From the IMG/VR virus record IMGVR_UViG_3300020045_004928, positions 1-60,285 of that record: a stretch of 60,285 nt of DNA. One strand, written 5' to 3'. Made by a program: the position numbers and the translations under genes. The DNA is from a virus. Taxonomy: Duplodnaviria; Caudoviricetes. The notes beneath the pieces were generated by a model. That model saw only the letters and a list, made by a program, of their open reading frames with translations, did not search any database and was not told the DNA's origin. Below, one piece after another: positions 19,813 through 29,229 of the stretch (position 1 is its first letter; each line of letters begins with the position of its first letter).

Positions 19813-20690
19813 TTTTTAACTTCCGATCTCTCCACCAGATCGTCCCTTGATTTGGATTTAAGGGCGCGGCTAATAGTTTCAAATATAGGAGCATCTTGTT
19901 CAAAAGCGTGTCGGGCTAGGTCAACAACCATTGACCTGCCACCACAATTTACCAGAGCTTCATGTTCAGCCCTAATTTTATTGATCCAGTCCAACGCTCG
20001 GTCCCGTTCCCCATCTCCAATGGCAGGGGTAAGGGCGGCGCGGATTGTTGCAAATTCGTCCTGCACGAAAGCATCTCCCTTTAGCTCAATAATCCTATCT
20101 AACGCTTCCAACGCTTCATTCACAGGCATGACGACTGGGTGTTCTTCAATCTCCCGGCTAATGCTTCCATCAGTATAATGGACTGGCTTTCCTATGGCGG
20201 CGGGAGGGGGTGGGTTTAGAATAAACCAGTTTACGCAACGCCTTATTGTTTCGTAACCATGCTGATCGCCACAGCACCACCATAGGCCGTTTGCATTACA
20301 TTGTGTTTCCTTTAGTGATTTTATCGCACCTTCTAAGTCAGGGACAAATTCTTCTTCTCGAACCCAGTAAGGAGGTGATTTTGGCGGTATAAGTCTAGCA
20401 TCTTTGGTTTTCCCCTGTGATTGCGCGGCGTATCGGGTTGCGGCTTCATAAATAGCCTTATCGTGCGCTAAGCAATTACCTAAATTGTTATTTCTCTTAG
20501 CCACCTTCAATGCTTCATTTAAATTGGGTATCTCTATCCCCTGCGCGGTTTGTCTTTGCGGCACGAGATCGGCGCGGATGTATTTGGTATATCCGTTAGT
20601 CCTGTATCTATCGACATATAAATGCTTTGTGCCTTTAATAGATATTTCTGCAATATACATCTCGTTTGGCAACTCTGGTTTGTTAGTCAT
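19809..20690 (-). CDS. Hypothetical mosaic early protein
   Basis: KYIRADLV motif; coupled ORF. Confidence 0.55.
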   Translation of the reverse strand: MTNKPELPNEMYIAEISIKGTKHLYVDRYRTNGYTKYIRADLVPQRQTAQGIEIPNLNEALKVAKRNNNLGNCLAHDKAIYEAATRYAAQSQGKTKDARLIPPKSPPYWVREEEFVPDLEGAIKSLKETQCNANGLWWCCGDQHGYETIRRCVNWFILNPPPPAAIGKPVHYTDGSISREIEEHPVVMPVNEALEALDRIIELKGDAFVQDEFATIRAALTPAIGDGERDRALDWINKIRAEHEALVNCGGRSMVVDLARHAFEQDAPIFETISRALKSKSRDDLVERSEVKK

Positions 20691-20826
20691 CTTTCAAAGC
20701 CTTTCTTAATTCTCTTATTCCTCTGATTTCAAGCCACGTAAGAATGATGGAATATGCTATATAGCCGATGAAAAGTAGTGCAAAGAAACCAATCAAAAAG
20801 ATGAATGCGATTGTTTCGTCTCTCAT
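20683..20826 (-). CDS. Small single-TM protein (47 aa, not in ORF track)
   Basis: MRDETIAFIFLIGFFALLFIGYIAYSIILTWLEIRG..; ATGA coupling. Confidence 0.5.
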   Translation of the reverse strand: MRDETIAFIFLIGFFALLFIGYIAYSIILTWLEIRGIRELRKALKDD

Positions 20827-21365
20827 CCCTCCACCTCTCTCCCTTGTGTAGCGTCCGAATTTATGAGCGCGGCGTGTTTAACAGCGGCATTCAGTATTAA
20901 TTTCCAATCCGAAATTCTTTGCTCATCGGCTATTTCAGCACTTACACTATACGCCAAAGCAGCGTCTGAGCCTTTCATGTTTACGCGCTTTAGAGCGTCG
21001 TCCAAACCATCTATTGCTTCCAGCGCATCGGGTTTCGCAGGGGATAGGGCGGCGAGGTCAGAATATTTTACCCATGCTCCATCTTTATTTTCCACGGCTT
21101 TAACAAAAGGAATGACTTCGGTATCAATCCGAAAATTATATCGTGTTATTTGCCCCTGCGGTTTCGGTGATAGGTCGGCACCTAGTAATGAAATTACAGC
21201 ATCGGCCATTTTTAGATATTTGTCTCTATGCGTGTCCCATTTCCATTGAATGTGTTTTTTGTCATGGCTTAAAAAATCGCCCATAGGGGAATGAGCGTCA
21301 AACATCGCTCTGGCAATAGTCGTGCGGCTCGGCAATTCCACCGTTTGTTTTTGGTTGTCGGTCAT
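20823..21365 (-). CDS. Hypothetical protein
   Basis: DGAWVKYSD motif; coupled ORF. Confidence 0.55.
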   Translation of the reverse strand: MTDNQKQTVELPSRTTIARAMFDAHSPMGDFLSHDKKHIQWKWDTHRDKYLKMADAVISLLGADLSPKPQGQITRYNFRIDTEVIPFVKAVENKDGAWVKYSDLAALSPAKPDALEAIDGLDDALKRVNMKGSDAALAYSVSAEIADEQRISDWKLILNAAVKHAALINSDATQGREVEG

Positions 21366-21498
21366 ATCGGTTTCTCATTCTGGTTTGCGGCTTTGTAAGG
21401 ATTAGGATAACCGGCTGCGACCGTGAACAGCGCAGCTTCGGCCATTGGCATTAGAATTTCCGGAGGCATGATCCTCCGGAGTGTTTTGATTAAGCTCA

Positions 21499-21705
21499 TT
21501 AGTGTTCCTTCCATCCCATCATTGCCGTGGCTTTGTTGATGAAATTTATGCAATCTTTTGGATTGGCGTATTTGACCAGAACACCAAAAATACCGCCCAG
21601 CATAGCAGCAATAACATTCAAGTTTTCAAGGCGATCAGAGGATTGATAGCGGTAAAAAACTTCGATAACATCTTTTACGATTGAAGTTGTGTCTACTTTA
21701 CTCAC
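21499..21705 (-). CDS. Hypothetical protein
   Basis: Coupled small ORF. Confidence 0.5.
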   Translation of the reverse strand: MSKVDTTSIVKDVIEVFYRYQSSDRLENLNVIAAMLGGIFGVLVKYANPKDCINFINKATAMMGWKEH

Positions 21706-21977
21706 GATTCACCTTCTTTTGGTTCAATGTTTCCAATAAAAGTTATGCCATTGAGAATTGTCTCGATAACATTTTTATTGGCAGCTATTAGGTCGGCAGT
21801 TTTATCACAGGCCCGTTTTGCTTCTATTGCAAAGTCGTAACCTTTGCCAAGGTCGATTTCTTTTCCGACTGCAAGCTCTGGAAGCTTGTCGTAGTAAAGA
21901 TTGAGAAATTTCTCAAGTTCGTGATGTTCGACTTCGCAGATGTATTTTTTTCTGCCTGACGTTGCGATTACTTTCAT
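21702..21977 (-). CDS. Hypothetical protein
   Basis: Coupled small ORF. Confidence 0.55.
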   Translation of the reverse strand: MKVIATSGRKKYICEVEHHELEKFLNLYYDKLPELAVGKEIDLGKGYDFAIEAKRACDKTADLIAANKNVIETILNGITFIGNIEPKEGES

Positions 21978-23026
21978 GGCTGCTCATCTCCAAAAAAGCT
22001 GTCTTGATCAACGGGTATTCCGCTGGCTTTTTGCAGCTCCGCAAGCTTTTCGTCATATTTCTTGGCGATCCCGGCATGCGTGTTTGCATTTTGCGTCTTG
22101 ATATTCTCAAGAGTTGCAGCGTGAGTTTCGTGGTACAGCTTCCACAGTTCCGCTTCGGTTTTGGCCACTGCAATACCTGTGAGAATTGGCGCATAAAGAG
22201 GCTGGAGAGGGTTTTTAGGCTTCTCTGGCTCTACTGGTGCCGGAGCGGCGCAGATCTCCGCAAGCTGACGGCCAGTTTCAACGCTGACCTGCCTATCCTG
22301 CTTTAAAAGCCTGTTCAGTGGACCGTCGCCAATCTCGTTGATACGAGCGGCTTTTTCTGTCCAGTCTGGCTTACCGGCAGCTCCGAGCGGCAGGATAATG
22401 GCAATACTCATCTCGAAGAAATATTCTTCACCGCCAATTGGTTGCCAGCCGTCATTAGAAATAACAGTTTTGTTATTATCGTCTTTCCCCATGGCAACTT
22501 TTTCTTTAGCCCGGAAGCAAAGAATAACGTGCGCTTTAGTCTGGGCAAGCGTGTAGTGGATCAAACGCTTACGGCCTTTTTTCGCATGATTCCAAGCGAC
22601 CATGTTAAGACCGTCGCGCTTTTTCCAGTCCATCTGCCCATTATCTTTTGTGCATTTCTCGTCAAGCCATTTCTCATGTAGCTCCAGAACTCCTCCTGGA
22701 CCTTCATGTTCATGGCTCATGCTATCGATAATAAGAACGTCGCCTTCATTGGCGTAGCCTTGAGCCTCTGCAAAACGGATAGCTTCATCATATCTATCGG
22801 GACCGTATGGAGCTTCCAGATCAATATGAAAGAAATCGAAGTTTTTGGCATACGTCAAACCGCGCTTTCTTTCGCTATCAATCATGGTAATTCTGCCCTT
22901 AGTCACCTGCGTAATGCCTGTGGCAAGCATCAAAGCGGTGGTAGTCTTACCGGAGGCCTGTGGGCCTCCGATAGCGATTAATAGGCGTTGGCTGATTGGT
23001 GCAGCCTTAGTAACAGTAAATGGCAT
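21974..23026 (-). CDS. Sak4/AAA_24-like recombination ATPase
   Basis: Walker A GPQASGKT, Walker B LIIDSMSH; next to an exonuclease. Confidence 0.75.
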   Translation of the reverse strand: MPFTVTKAAPISQRLLIAIGGPQASGKTTTALMLATGITQVTKGRITMIDSERKRGLTYAKNFDFFHIDLEAPYGPDRYDEAIRFAEAQGYANEGDVLIIDSMSHEHEGPGGVLELHEKWLDEKCTKDNGQMDWKKRDGLNMVAWNHAKKGRKRLIHYTLAQTKAHVILCFRAKEKVAMGKDDNNKTVISNDGWQPIGGEEYFFEMSIAIILPLGAAGKPDWTEKAARINEIGDGPLNRLLKQDRQVSVETGRQLAEICAAPAPVEPEKPKNPLQPLYAPILTGIAVAKTEAELWKLYHETHAATLENIKTQNANTHAGIAKKYDEKLAELQKASGIPVDQDSFFGDEQP

Positions 23027-23040
23027 GGTATCGGTTTTCC

Positions 23041-24021
23041 TTATCCGGCAATCGTTATATCGTCAGGCATTTGAGCAGCTGGAGCTTTTGCTTTGTCAGC
23101 TTCTTCTTTTTCCTGAATTTCAAGGTTCAGTTTGCGTAGTTCCCACTTATCGAGAATGTACTTTGGCGGGTAGGTATGGAATGTTTTTGGTACCTGACCG
23201 CGCCATTTCCCTGTTTTGAGACAGTTTGCAAAGCGTTTTGAGGCCATCAAATATGTTTCGTCAACTTCTTCACGCAAGCTTTCATCAATCTTTATAATGC
23301 GAATCTGATACGGAGCAACTGTGCGCTGTACTACCCATATGAATCTGAATGGCTTTCCAGTCAGAATTGACATTACTTTTCTGTAATGTACTTCCTGTAA
23401 ATGTTTGTCGTCGTTCCAAAGATCGCGTTCCCATTTATCGAAAGTGCTGGAAGTCGTTTTGTAATCAACTATCACGTCTTGATATCTAAGATCGTCGTCT
23501 GACCAATCCAAACGAGCGCGAAGCCATATGCCTAATTTTTCATCATAAGCAAAAGCTGACAGCTCTCCTTTTCCCTTATGCATTAACATCGGCCATTCGT
23601 CATGCTCTTGTGTTTGCTTCAACAAGGCTAATCTCATATCTTTTACTTTAGACAAAGTTTTTTCTGCTGTAGTTTCGTTTAAAGCAATTAATCCACGGCT
23701 TAGAATATTTGCCTTAACTGTTTTTGCATCTCCACTTTTGAAATCTTTGAAAGGAGCAATTTCATAAACTTTATGCGCTTGGCCGTTACGGAGAATAAAA
23801 TCGTGAGCAATGGTACCCAGATCCATAGCATCGGAAGATTTTTCATCTTCTTCATTGTAATTTGGATTAAGTCGTCTGCTATTAAGCATGGCTTCTTCTT
23901 CTGTGGCGTTAATCAATGTGGTTGCCATAGAAGATGATAAAGATGGAGTTTCACACGGATCGGCGTGATAAATCTTTTCTAGCATACCGCTGAGAATTTG
24001 GTTTGAAGTGATTGGTGGCAT
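23041..24021 (-). CDS. PD-(D/E)XK exonuclease (RecE / exonuclease VIII-like)
   Basis: YHADP..SLSSS, GTIAH, RARLD..VDYKT; start chosen from RBS aaggag. Confidence 0.75.
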   Translation of the reverse strand: MPPITSNQILSGMLEKIYHADPCETPSLSSSMATTLINATEEEAMLNSRRLNPNYNEEDEKSSDAMDLGTIAHDFILRNGQAHKVYEIAPFKDFKSGDAKTVKANILSRGLIALNETTAEKTLSKVKDMRLALLKQTQEHDEWPMLMHKGKGELSAFAYDEKLGIWLRARLDWSDDDLRYQDVIVDYKTTSSTFDKWERDLWNDDKHLQEVHYRKVMSILTGKPFRFIWVVQRTVAPYQIRIIKIDESLREEVDETYLMASKRFANCLKTGKWRGQVPKTFHTYPPKYILDKWELRKLNLEIQEKEEADKAKAPAAQMPDDITIAG

Positions 24022-24046
24022 AGTGTCTGCTCCTTGCAGTTGATGG

Positions 24047-24328
24047 TTAATGAGTTGGGATTGCGTAAACTTGGACCGGATCTGGCCCAAATTCTTCATG
24101 GGTTATTTCGACAATTTGCGGATCTCCCCGCCAAGGTGCCACAAGGTGTTTCTCGCGCTGGTGCTTTGGTGGATAGCCCAGAGTGAAAGTCACAGTCTTG
24201 TAAGTTTTTCCGATTAGGCGCTTTGTCCAAAAATCGTTTACAAGGCGATACTCAAAAGGCTTTTGCTTTGCCTTTATTTGGTTGAAGTAAATGCCTTTAA
24301 GCGGGATAGTGATGTTATCGGCTGTCAT
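24047..24328 (-). CDS. ASCH/PUA-domain protein
   Basis: LKGIYFNQIKAKQKPFEYR..FWTKRL..FTLGY. Confidence 0.65.
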   Translation of the reverse strand: MTADNITIPLKGIYFNQIKAKQKPFEYRLVNDFWTKRLIGKTYKTVTFTLGYPPKHQREKHLVAPWRGDPQIVEITHEEFGPDPVQVYAIPTH

Positions 24329-24558
24329 TTATCATATCCCCAATGCTTTGAAGCAGCTCTTACGATCTTTTCAAATGCCGAAATTTCTTCATCTCGTTCC
24401 TCGCAAGCTTCATCTATTGGATTTCCAAGATGAGCATAAACACCAGCTATACTTGTCCTAATTTCGGGAAGCCAATAATCAAGCTCCTCTTTTGTCATGG
24501 GAAATTCCCGTTTACTACGAACTTTAGGTTTTGACTTTTTAATATTTGATGCTGACAT
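24325..24558 (-). CDS. Hypothetical protein
   Basis: Coupled small ORF. Confidence 0.45.
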   Translation of the reverse strand: MSASNIKKSKPKVRSKREFPMTKEELDYWLPEIRTSIAGVYAHLGNPIDEACEERDEEISAFEKIVRAASKHWGYDK

Positions 24559-26089
24559 GACGAACCTTTCCAGCTGCTATAGCCGTAGCGATCATTTTCA
24601 ATTTAAGCCGCTCACTTTTTAAAGCGTCGTCGTTTGCAGGATTGTATTGAACAGCGGCTTCCAGATCGTAAAGAACCTCACCAATTATCTTGGCATTGTG
24701 AGCCTGATTGTTCTTCCGCTTTTCGTCGGCAATACGAATATTTTCAGCAGCAGCGTCGTCTATTTTCTTTTTCGCTGCGGCTGCATCATCGACTTTTTTC
24801 TGGGCAGCTGCATCAGCATCTTTTTGAATCTGATCCTGACGGGCTTTTTCAGCTTTGTCCTCGCGCTCTTTAACGGTCACAAGCGTATCTTGCAGAGATT
24901 TCAGGGCCGCATCATACGCGGTCTGGGCCTCCGCTTTAAGCTCCTGCCAATCATTATTATCAAACCAGCTTGTTATCGTGGTTATTTTTGCTTCCAGCTG
25001 CGCCGACGTTACGACTTCCGGTATCGTGAACACAAAGTTTTTCAGCTTCTCCCTGATCGCATTTAAGCGATTGGTTTCAGCTTCCTGCTGTTGGCGCTCG
25101 ATTTCGTCAGCTTCGGCCTTCTGTGCGGCCTTAAATTTATCTTGGAGAATTGGCGCTACCTTGTTGTAGGCATCATCGGCCTTATCGCCCATCTCTTCCC
25201 ATTTAGTCGTGTTGAAAGTTTTATTGACGTTATCAATTACAACAGAGATTTGACCGGAAGTGTAATTATCTGGAATGTTACCGGCATCCTCAATAGTTTT
25301 TATGGCGCTGGCAAGAGCAGCTTCACGCGCTTCTTTTGCGATCCGGGCCTCTTCATCTTTTTTCGCCTGTTCAGCCAGCTTCTTGCGTGATTCCGCAAGT
25401 TCGGCCTGATCCGCATCGTATTTTTCTTTTTTGACAATGTGTTCTGAAATAATTCTTCTGGCATCATCGGCGGCCTTAATGGCATCGTCTTTGAATTCAT
25501 GCCAATCGAAGGCAGCAAGGTTATCAACCTGGACAAGTCGATCACGCATTTCAACAAGGTCCATGGCATCAAGCGAATTAATAACGGCTACCAGCTGATT
25601 GATCTGATCAATTCTATCTGTGCGGTCGGAAACGCGGCTTTTCTCACGCTCTAAGAATTCATCACGAGGTTTTAAGATTTCATCCCGCAAAGCGTCCATC
25701 TCTTTTTCCATGCGGGAAGTTTCGCTGGTGACGGCCTTGGTTTTAACTCTCCAATCTTCTGTGAGAGCCTTAGCCATTTTCACCATACCTTGTTTGGCAA
25801 CACCAACTTGACGGGCAACAGATCCTATTTCGGCACGACCTTTTTCAGTCTTAACATCAAACTGTTTGCTTTTAACCCGATCCCGTATCTGGGCAATTAT
25901 TGGGTCAAGGCCCTTTTCTTTTGAGAAAATTTCTACAGATGTGATTTTAGGCAAAACCACTAGCGCACCCGCTTCGGCTGGTTCCTGCTCAGATGATTCG
26001 TTTTTATTAGCTCCCATGGCAGAAGTTACTGCGTCAATGGCTTCTTCGGCATCTGGAACATAGTCCATAATGTTTAATTGCTTAGTCAT
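24539..26089 (-). CDS. Long coiled-coil phage protein
   Basis: FDVKTEKGRAEIGS.A..V; heptad-rich; IAAGKVRHVSIKY C-terminus; RBS gagga. Confidence 0.7.
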   Translation of the reverse strand: MTKQLNIMDYVPDAEEAIDAVTSAMGANKNESSEQEPAEAGALVVLPKITSVEIFSKEKGLDPIIAQIRDRVKSKQFDVKTEKGRAEIGSVARQVGVAKQGMVKMAKALTEDWRVKTKAVTSETSRMEKEMDALRDEILKPRDEFLEREKSRVSDRTDRIDQINQLVAVINSLDAMDLVEMRDRLVQVDNLAAFDWHEFKDDAIKAADDARRIISEHIVKKEKYDADQAELAESRKKLAEQAKKDEEARIAKEAREAALASAIKTIEDAGNIPDNYTSGQISVVIDNVNKTFNTTKWEEMGDKADDAYNKVAPILQDKFKAAQKAEADEIERQQQEAETNRLNAIREKLKNFVFTIPEVVTSAQLEAKITTITSWFDNNDWQELKAEAQTAYDAALKSLQDTLVTVKEREDKAEKARQDQIQKDADAAAQKKVDDAAAAKKKIDDAAAENIRIADEKRKNNQAHNAKIIGEVLYDLEAAVQYNPANDDALKSERLKLKMIATAIAAGKVRHVSIKY

Positions 26090-26119
26090 TTTAGATCCTC
26101 TTAATGTTTTGATATTCTC

Positions 26120-26189
26120 AATCTAGTTCATTGCTTTTCAGAAAGCAACACAAAAAAGACATTGACCTTTTATGAGCAATAGATAATAT
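26120..26189. promoter_or_regulatory. Divergent promoters with two operator sites (switch 1)
   Basis: Leftward TTGCTT-17-TAGATT overlapping palindrome TTGCTTTTCAGAAAGCAA (26131-26148); rightward TTGACC-16-TAATAT overlapping TTGACCTTTTATGAGCAA (26162-26179). Confidence 0.65.
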
Positions 26190-26196
26190 TGAGGGT

Positions 26197-26442
26197 ATGA
26201 AAAAACCAATCAAAATTACACCAAGTCAGAGACTTGAAGCGCAAGCGAAACGAATAGAGCTGCAAAAGCTGTGGAAAGCGCGTTTAGACAAGCTGCCATA
26301 CAGCCAAGCTGAATTCTGTCGTCGTTATAAAAAGCTAAATAATTACGAAGCAAATCTGTGTAGGGCTGCCAGCCTAAAAATGATACCCACAGAAAAAACC
26401 TTCAAGATTGTTGAAGCTGCTTTGAAACGAGCTGGCGTTTAG
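26197..26442 (+). CDS. Putative Cro/XRE-like HTH regulator
   Basis: Basic 81 aa; YSQAEFCRR..P....KIVEAAL; first gene after the switch. Confidence 0.5.
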   Translation: MKKPIKITPSQRLEAQAKRIELQKLWKARLDKLPYSQAEFCRRYKKLNNYEANLCRAASLKMIPTEKTFKIVEAALKRAGV

Positions 26443-26452
26443 AAACATGTCG

Positions 26453-26470
26453 TTGACTTACGAGAAGCAA
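26453..26470. promoter_or_regulatory. Operator variant / -35 element
   Basis: TTGACTTACGAGAAGCAA matches the TTG.....AGCAA 18-mer. Confidence 0.5.
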
Positions 26471-26486
26471 TCGTAAATCATACGGC

Positions 26487-26569
26487 GGCTGGTCGGGGTA
26501 GCTCCCTGCTCAAGTCGAAGCCGGTCCCTAGCCGGTAGAGAGCCAGCCAACCTTTAAATTTCTAGGGAC
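26487..26569 (+). ncRNA. c4-like structured leader or antisense RNA with RBS-complementary loop
   Basis: Outer stem GGCTGG/CCAGCC; hairpins CGGGG-TAGCT-CCCTG and GCCGG-TCCCTAG-CCGGT; GTCCCTAG (26524-31) is complementary to CTAGGGAC (26562-69), which ends 3 nt before the ATG. Confidence 0.6.
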
Positions 26570-26572
26570 AAT

Positions 26573-27451
26573 ATGGAAATCGATAAATTCAGGGTAGATC
26601 TTTACCCGCACCAGTTTCTCACCGGAACCATGCAGCTTTCACCAGAGGATCGAGGCGTTTACGTCCAGATCATAATGCTGCTTTACATTCACCGTGGCCG
26701 TCTGAGACAGGATTATGACCTCATAAAAAATTCTGCAAATTGCTCCCTGAGACTGGCAAAAGCCGTGGTTGGCCGGCTGATCGATATGGGAAAATTACGG
26801 GTCGATGAGGAAGGGTACCTGGTCAATAATCGGGCAGAAAACGTGCTGAAAGATGTCCGAATTAGGTCTGAAAAAGCGCTGAATTCACGCCGAATTCGAG
26901 CTGAAAAAGAGGCAAAACCTAATAAAATCAATGGCAAAAGCCGAAAAAGTAACCTACTAGAATCAGAACTAGATAAAGAAGATACTAAAGTATCTTCTCC
27001 CCCTACCCCCAAGGGGGATGCCGTGAGCGGTGTTTTCAAAATGCCTGACGGAACAGAATTATTATTTGATCAGCTGTTCGAACGTTATTGGCATAATTAC
27101 CCTGCCATCCGGGACAAAGGCCACAAGGGCAAAGCCAAAGACGAACTTCTCAAAAAACTCAAAGAAAAAGGATCAGATTATGAAATCATTGGCCGAGGCA
27201 TTACCAAATATCGCAAATACTGTGATCGAACAGGTGAAAAACAACCAGATTTCTTCCGATGGATCAGGGACGAAGGCTACCTCCGCGATTACACGCTTCC
27301 AGCCATCGACGCGCCCAAACATGGAAGAGCTTCCGATAATTCTCTCGAATCTGCGCTCTCTAAAGCTTTGGCAGATCGAACCCACCAACCAGACATTAGC
27401 CCAGAACGCCGTAAAGAGCTTGGCTTGGACCACGATACCGGCGACGTATAG
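26573..27451 (+). CDS. DUF1376/YdaU-like replication initiation protein
   Basis: FLTGTMQLSPEDRGVYVQIIMLLY..G; C-terminal FERYWHNYP..K.KA. Confidence 0.7.
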   Translation: MEIDKFRVDLYPHQFLTGTMQLSPEDRGVYVQIIMLLYIHRGRLRQDYDLIKNSANCSLRLAKAVVGRLIDMGKLRVDEEGYLVNNRAENVLKDVRIRSEKALNSRRIRAEKEAKPNKINGKSRKSNLLESELDKEDTKVSSPPTPKGDAVSGVFKMPDGTELLFDQLFERYWHNYPAIRDKGHKGKAKDELLKKLKEKGSDYEIIGRGITKYRKYCDRTGEKQPDFFRWIRDEGYLRDYTLPAIDAPKHGRASDNSLESALSKALADRTHQPDISPERRKELGLDHDTGDV

Positions 27452-27920
27452 CGAGGCATCCTACTGGATTACAAGGCTTTTGGCGCATTACCCGCGCATC
27501 GAAGCATCGAAAGCCGGGGTTATCCTGTCCGACCTTTCCGGCGCCATAGTCAAAAATCAGGTCAGTTTGATAGCGGTATGCGCGGTTTGCGACGAGGCAT
27601 GGCAGGAGGCTACACCCGAAAATCCGTGGCCTTTGCCGACTGGCGAATTATTGAAAAGGATGCTGGAAAAAACCCAATCTTACCGCTTCCAGCTTGAGCG
27701 TTTGGCAAATCCCGCCCCACAGATTGCCAAAAAACCACCCTCTGAGCGAGTTGACCCATACGAAGGCAGAAAGTGGCCTGAATTTACTCCAGACGATCAG
27801 GTGAGGCTCTGGAGCGAAATTAAGGGCATGCCATACCAGCTCAAAAATGCCATACGGAGGTCTTTCTCGGTTCCGGACGACATAATCGAGCCGGGAACGG
27901 AAGAAAATACCATTCTATGA
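27321..27920 (+). CDS. Replication accessory (loader-like) protein
   Basis: ITRLLAHYP..WPLPTGEL; overlaps the initiator's end as in O/P-like pairs; start uncertain. Confidence 0.5.
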   Translation: MEELPIILSNLRSLKLWQIEPTNQTLAQNAVKSLAWTTIPATYSEASYWITRLLAHYPRIEASKAGVILSDLSGAIVKNQVSLIAVCAVCDEAWQEATPENPWPLPTGELLKRMLEKTQSYRFQLERLANPAPQIAKKPPSERVDPYEGRKWPEFTPDDQVRLWSEIKGMPYQLKNAIRRSFSVPDDIIEPGTEENTIL

Positions 27921-28111
27921 AAACTCTTGTCGCGGTCGATAATTGGATTTTGGGGCAGATCTTATGCCCGTTTTACCCGTTTTGCTGGTTTCAGGACCAT
28001 GGACCGCATCACAAGGCCTTTGGACGGGATGATGGGCTGGTTTACGTCGCTGGCTTCAAAACCCGCGAGGCGGCTGATACTTGGGCAGCCAAAGAGGCTA
28101 TTACGCCATGA
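27917..28111 (+). CDS. Hypothetical protein
   Basis: ATGA coupling at both ends. Confidence 0.5.
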   Translation: MKTLVAVDNWILGQILCPFYPFCWFQDHGPHHKAFGRDDGLVYVAGFKTREAADTWAAKEAITP

Positions 28112-28788
28112 AGGTCGTTATCGGTGATGCAACTCTGTACCTGGGCGACGCTTACGAGATTGCGCCTACACTTGGTTTCTTCGATGGCCTTGTCACAGAT
28201 CCGCAGTACGATTTTAAAACATCTGGCGGCGGCAAAATGCGGAAAGAGCGGAAATGTCTTGAAAAGATTATCGAGAAAGGTCTGGATCAGGGTTTCGACC
28301 ACCGAATAATTAATCCGCTGCTTTACCGTTCCCTCGCGGTATTCTGCCATAACGATCAGCTGCATAAGCTTTTGCCATTTATAGCCGGAAGCTTTAAGCG
28401 CCACGTTTTATGCACATGGGAGAAATCGAATCCTATGCCAGTAGCAAACAAAAATTTCCAAGCAGATCTTGAACCTTATATTTTTGCCTGGAATAACGGT
28501 GGCCATCCAGTCGGAGAACTTGCAGACAAAAAGCGCACGATTCGCACCACCAATGGAAAATCTAAATTTGATCACCCGACCGTTAAGCCGCTAGAGGTTA
28601 TGAACAAAATTGTCAAAAACATTAACGGTAATCGAATACTTGATACTTTCATGGGGACCGGAAGTACAGGCATAGCAGCTTTATCTCAAGGCAAGGAATT
28701 TGTCGGCATAGAACGCGATCAGGAATATTTTGAAATAGCTGTGAAAAGATTTGAAGATTTCTATTGCTTTTCTAAAAGCAACGAGTAA
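28108..28788 (+). CDS. Beta-class amino (N6A/N4C) DNA methyltransferase
   Basis: LYLGD, motif IV variant DPQY, HPTVKP, motif I DTFMGTGSTG, GIE. Confidence 0.8.
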   Translation: MKVVIGDATLYLGDAYEIAPTLGFFDGLVTDPQYDFKTSGGGKMRKERKCLEKIIEKGLDQGFDHRIINPLLYRSLAVFCHNDQLHKLLPFIAGSFKRHVLCTWEKSNPMPVANKNFQADLEPYIFAWNNGGHPVGELADKKRTIRTTNGKSKFDHPTVKPLEVMNKIVKNINGNRILDTFMGTGSTGIAALSQGKEFVGIERDQEYFEIAVKRFEDFYCFSKSNE

Positions 28789-28791
28789 CAT
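28764..28791 (+). promoter_or_regulatory. Operator-embedded promoter for the yfdPQ-like/RNA/csp operon
   Basis: Palindrome TTGCTTTTCTAAAAGCAA (28764-81); TTGCTT-16-TAACAT. Confidence 0.55.
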
Positions 28792-28826
28792 GCCAATTCT
28801 CAACTAACCGAACCAAGGAAACCATA

Positions 28827-29195
28827 ATGGCTGACCATAAAGACCAAGATCTAAATTCTTTCCATTCATTCATGCTGCGATTGCAGGATGGCGCTATAAA
28901 CAAGATGCTTACAGACGCTCTTGCTAAAGGCGTCACCGAGATATCAGATGCTTGCGCTAGTCGGGGCGGTAGACATGAAGCAACCATCACTCTCAAGCTG
29001 AAACTTTCAATGGACCAGAAAGATAAAGTTGTTGAAGTTTACCCAAGCGTCGATGAAAAGCACCCTAAAGTTCCTCTTGGTCGTGCTGGCATGTTCTTCG
29101 CTGGTGAGAATGGTCGATTACTGCGTGAGAACCCTCGTCAGCTGACGCTGGAAGATGAAGTTGCCCGTCAACGCGCTGCCCGTGAACAAGCTTAA
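28827..29195 (+). CDS. YfdP-like protein
   Basis: ITLKLKL..P..FFAGENGRLLRENPRQLTL; usual partner upstream of DUF2303. Confidence 0.6.
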   Translation: MADHKDQDLNSFHSFMLRLQDGAINKMLTDALAKGVTEISDACASRGGRHEATITLKLKLSMDQKDKVVEVYPSVDEKHPKVPLGRAGMFFAGENGRLLRENPRQLTLEDEVARQRAAREQA

Positions 29196-29229
29196 TTTTT
29201 AAAAAACAATTTTCTCAAGGAGAATTTAC

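Noticed and set aside
27030-27320. Long dual-coding overlap in the replication gene
   Set aside because: The upstream extension of ORF 27030 has no RBS and looks like an open alternate frame; a start near 27321 or later is more plausible
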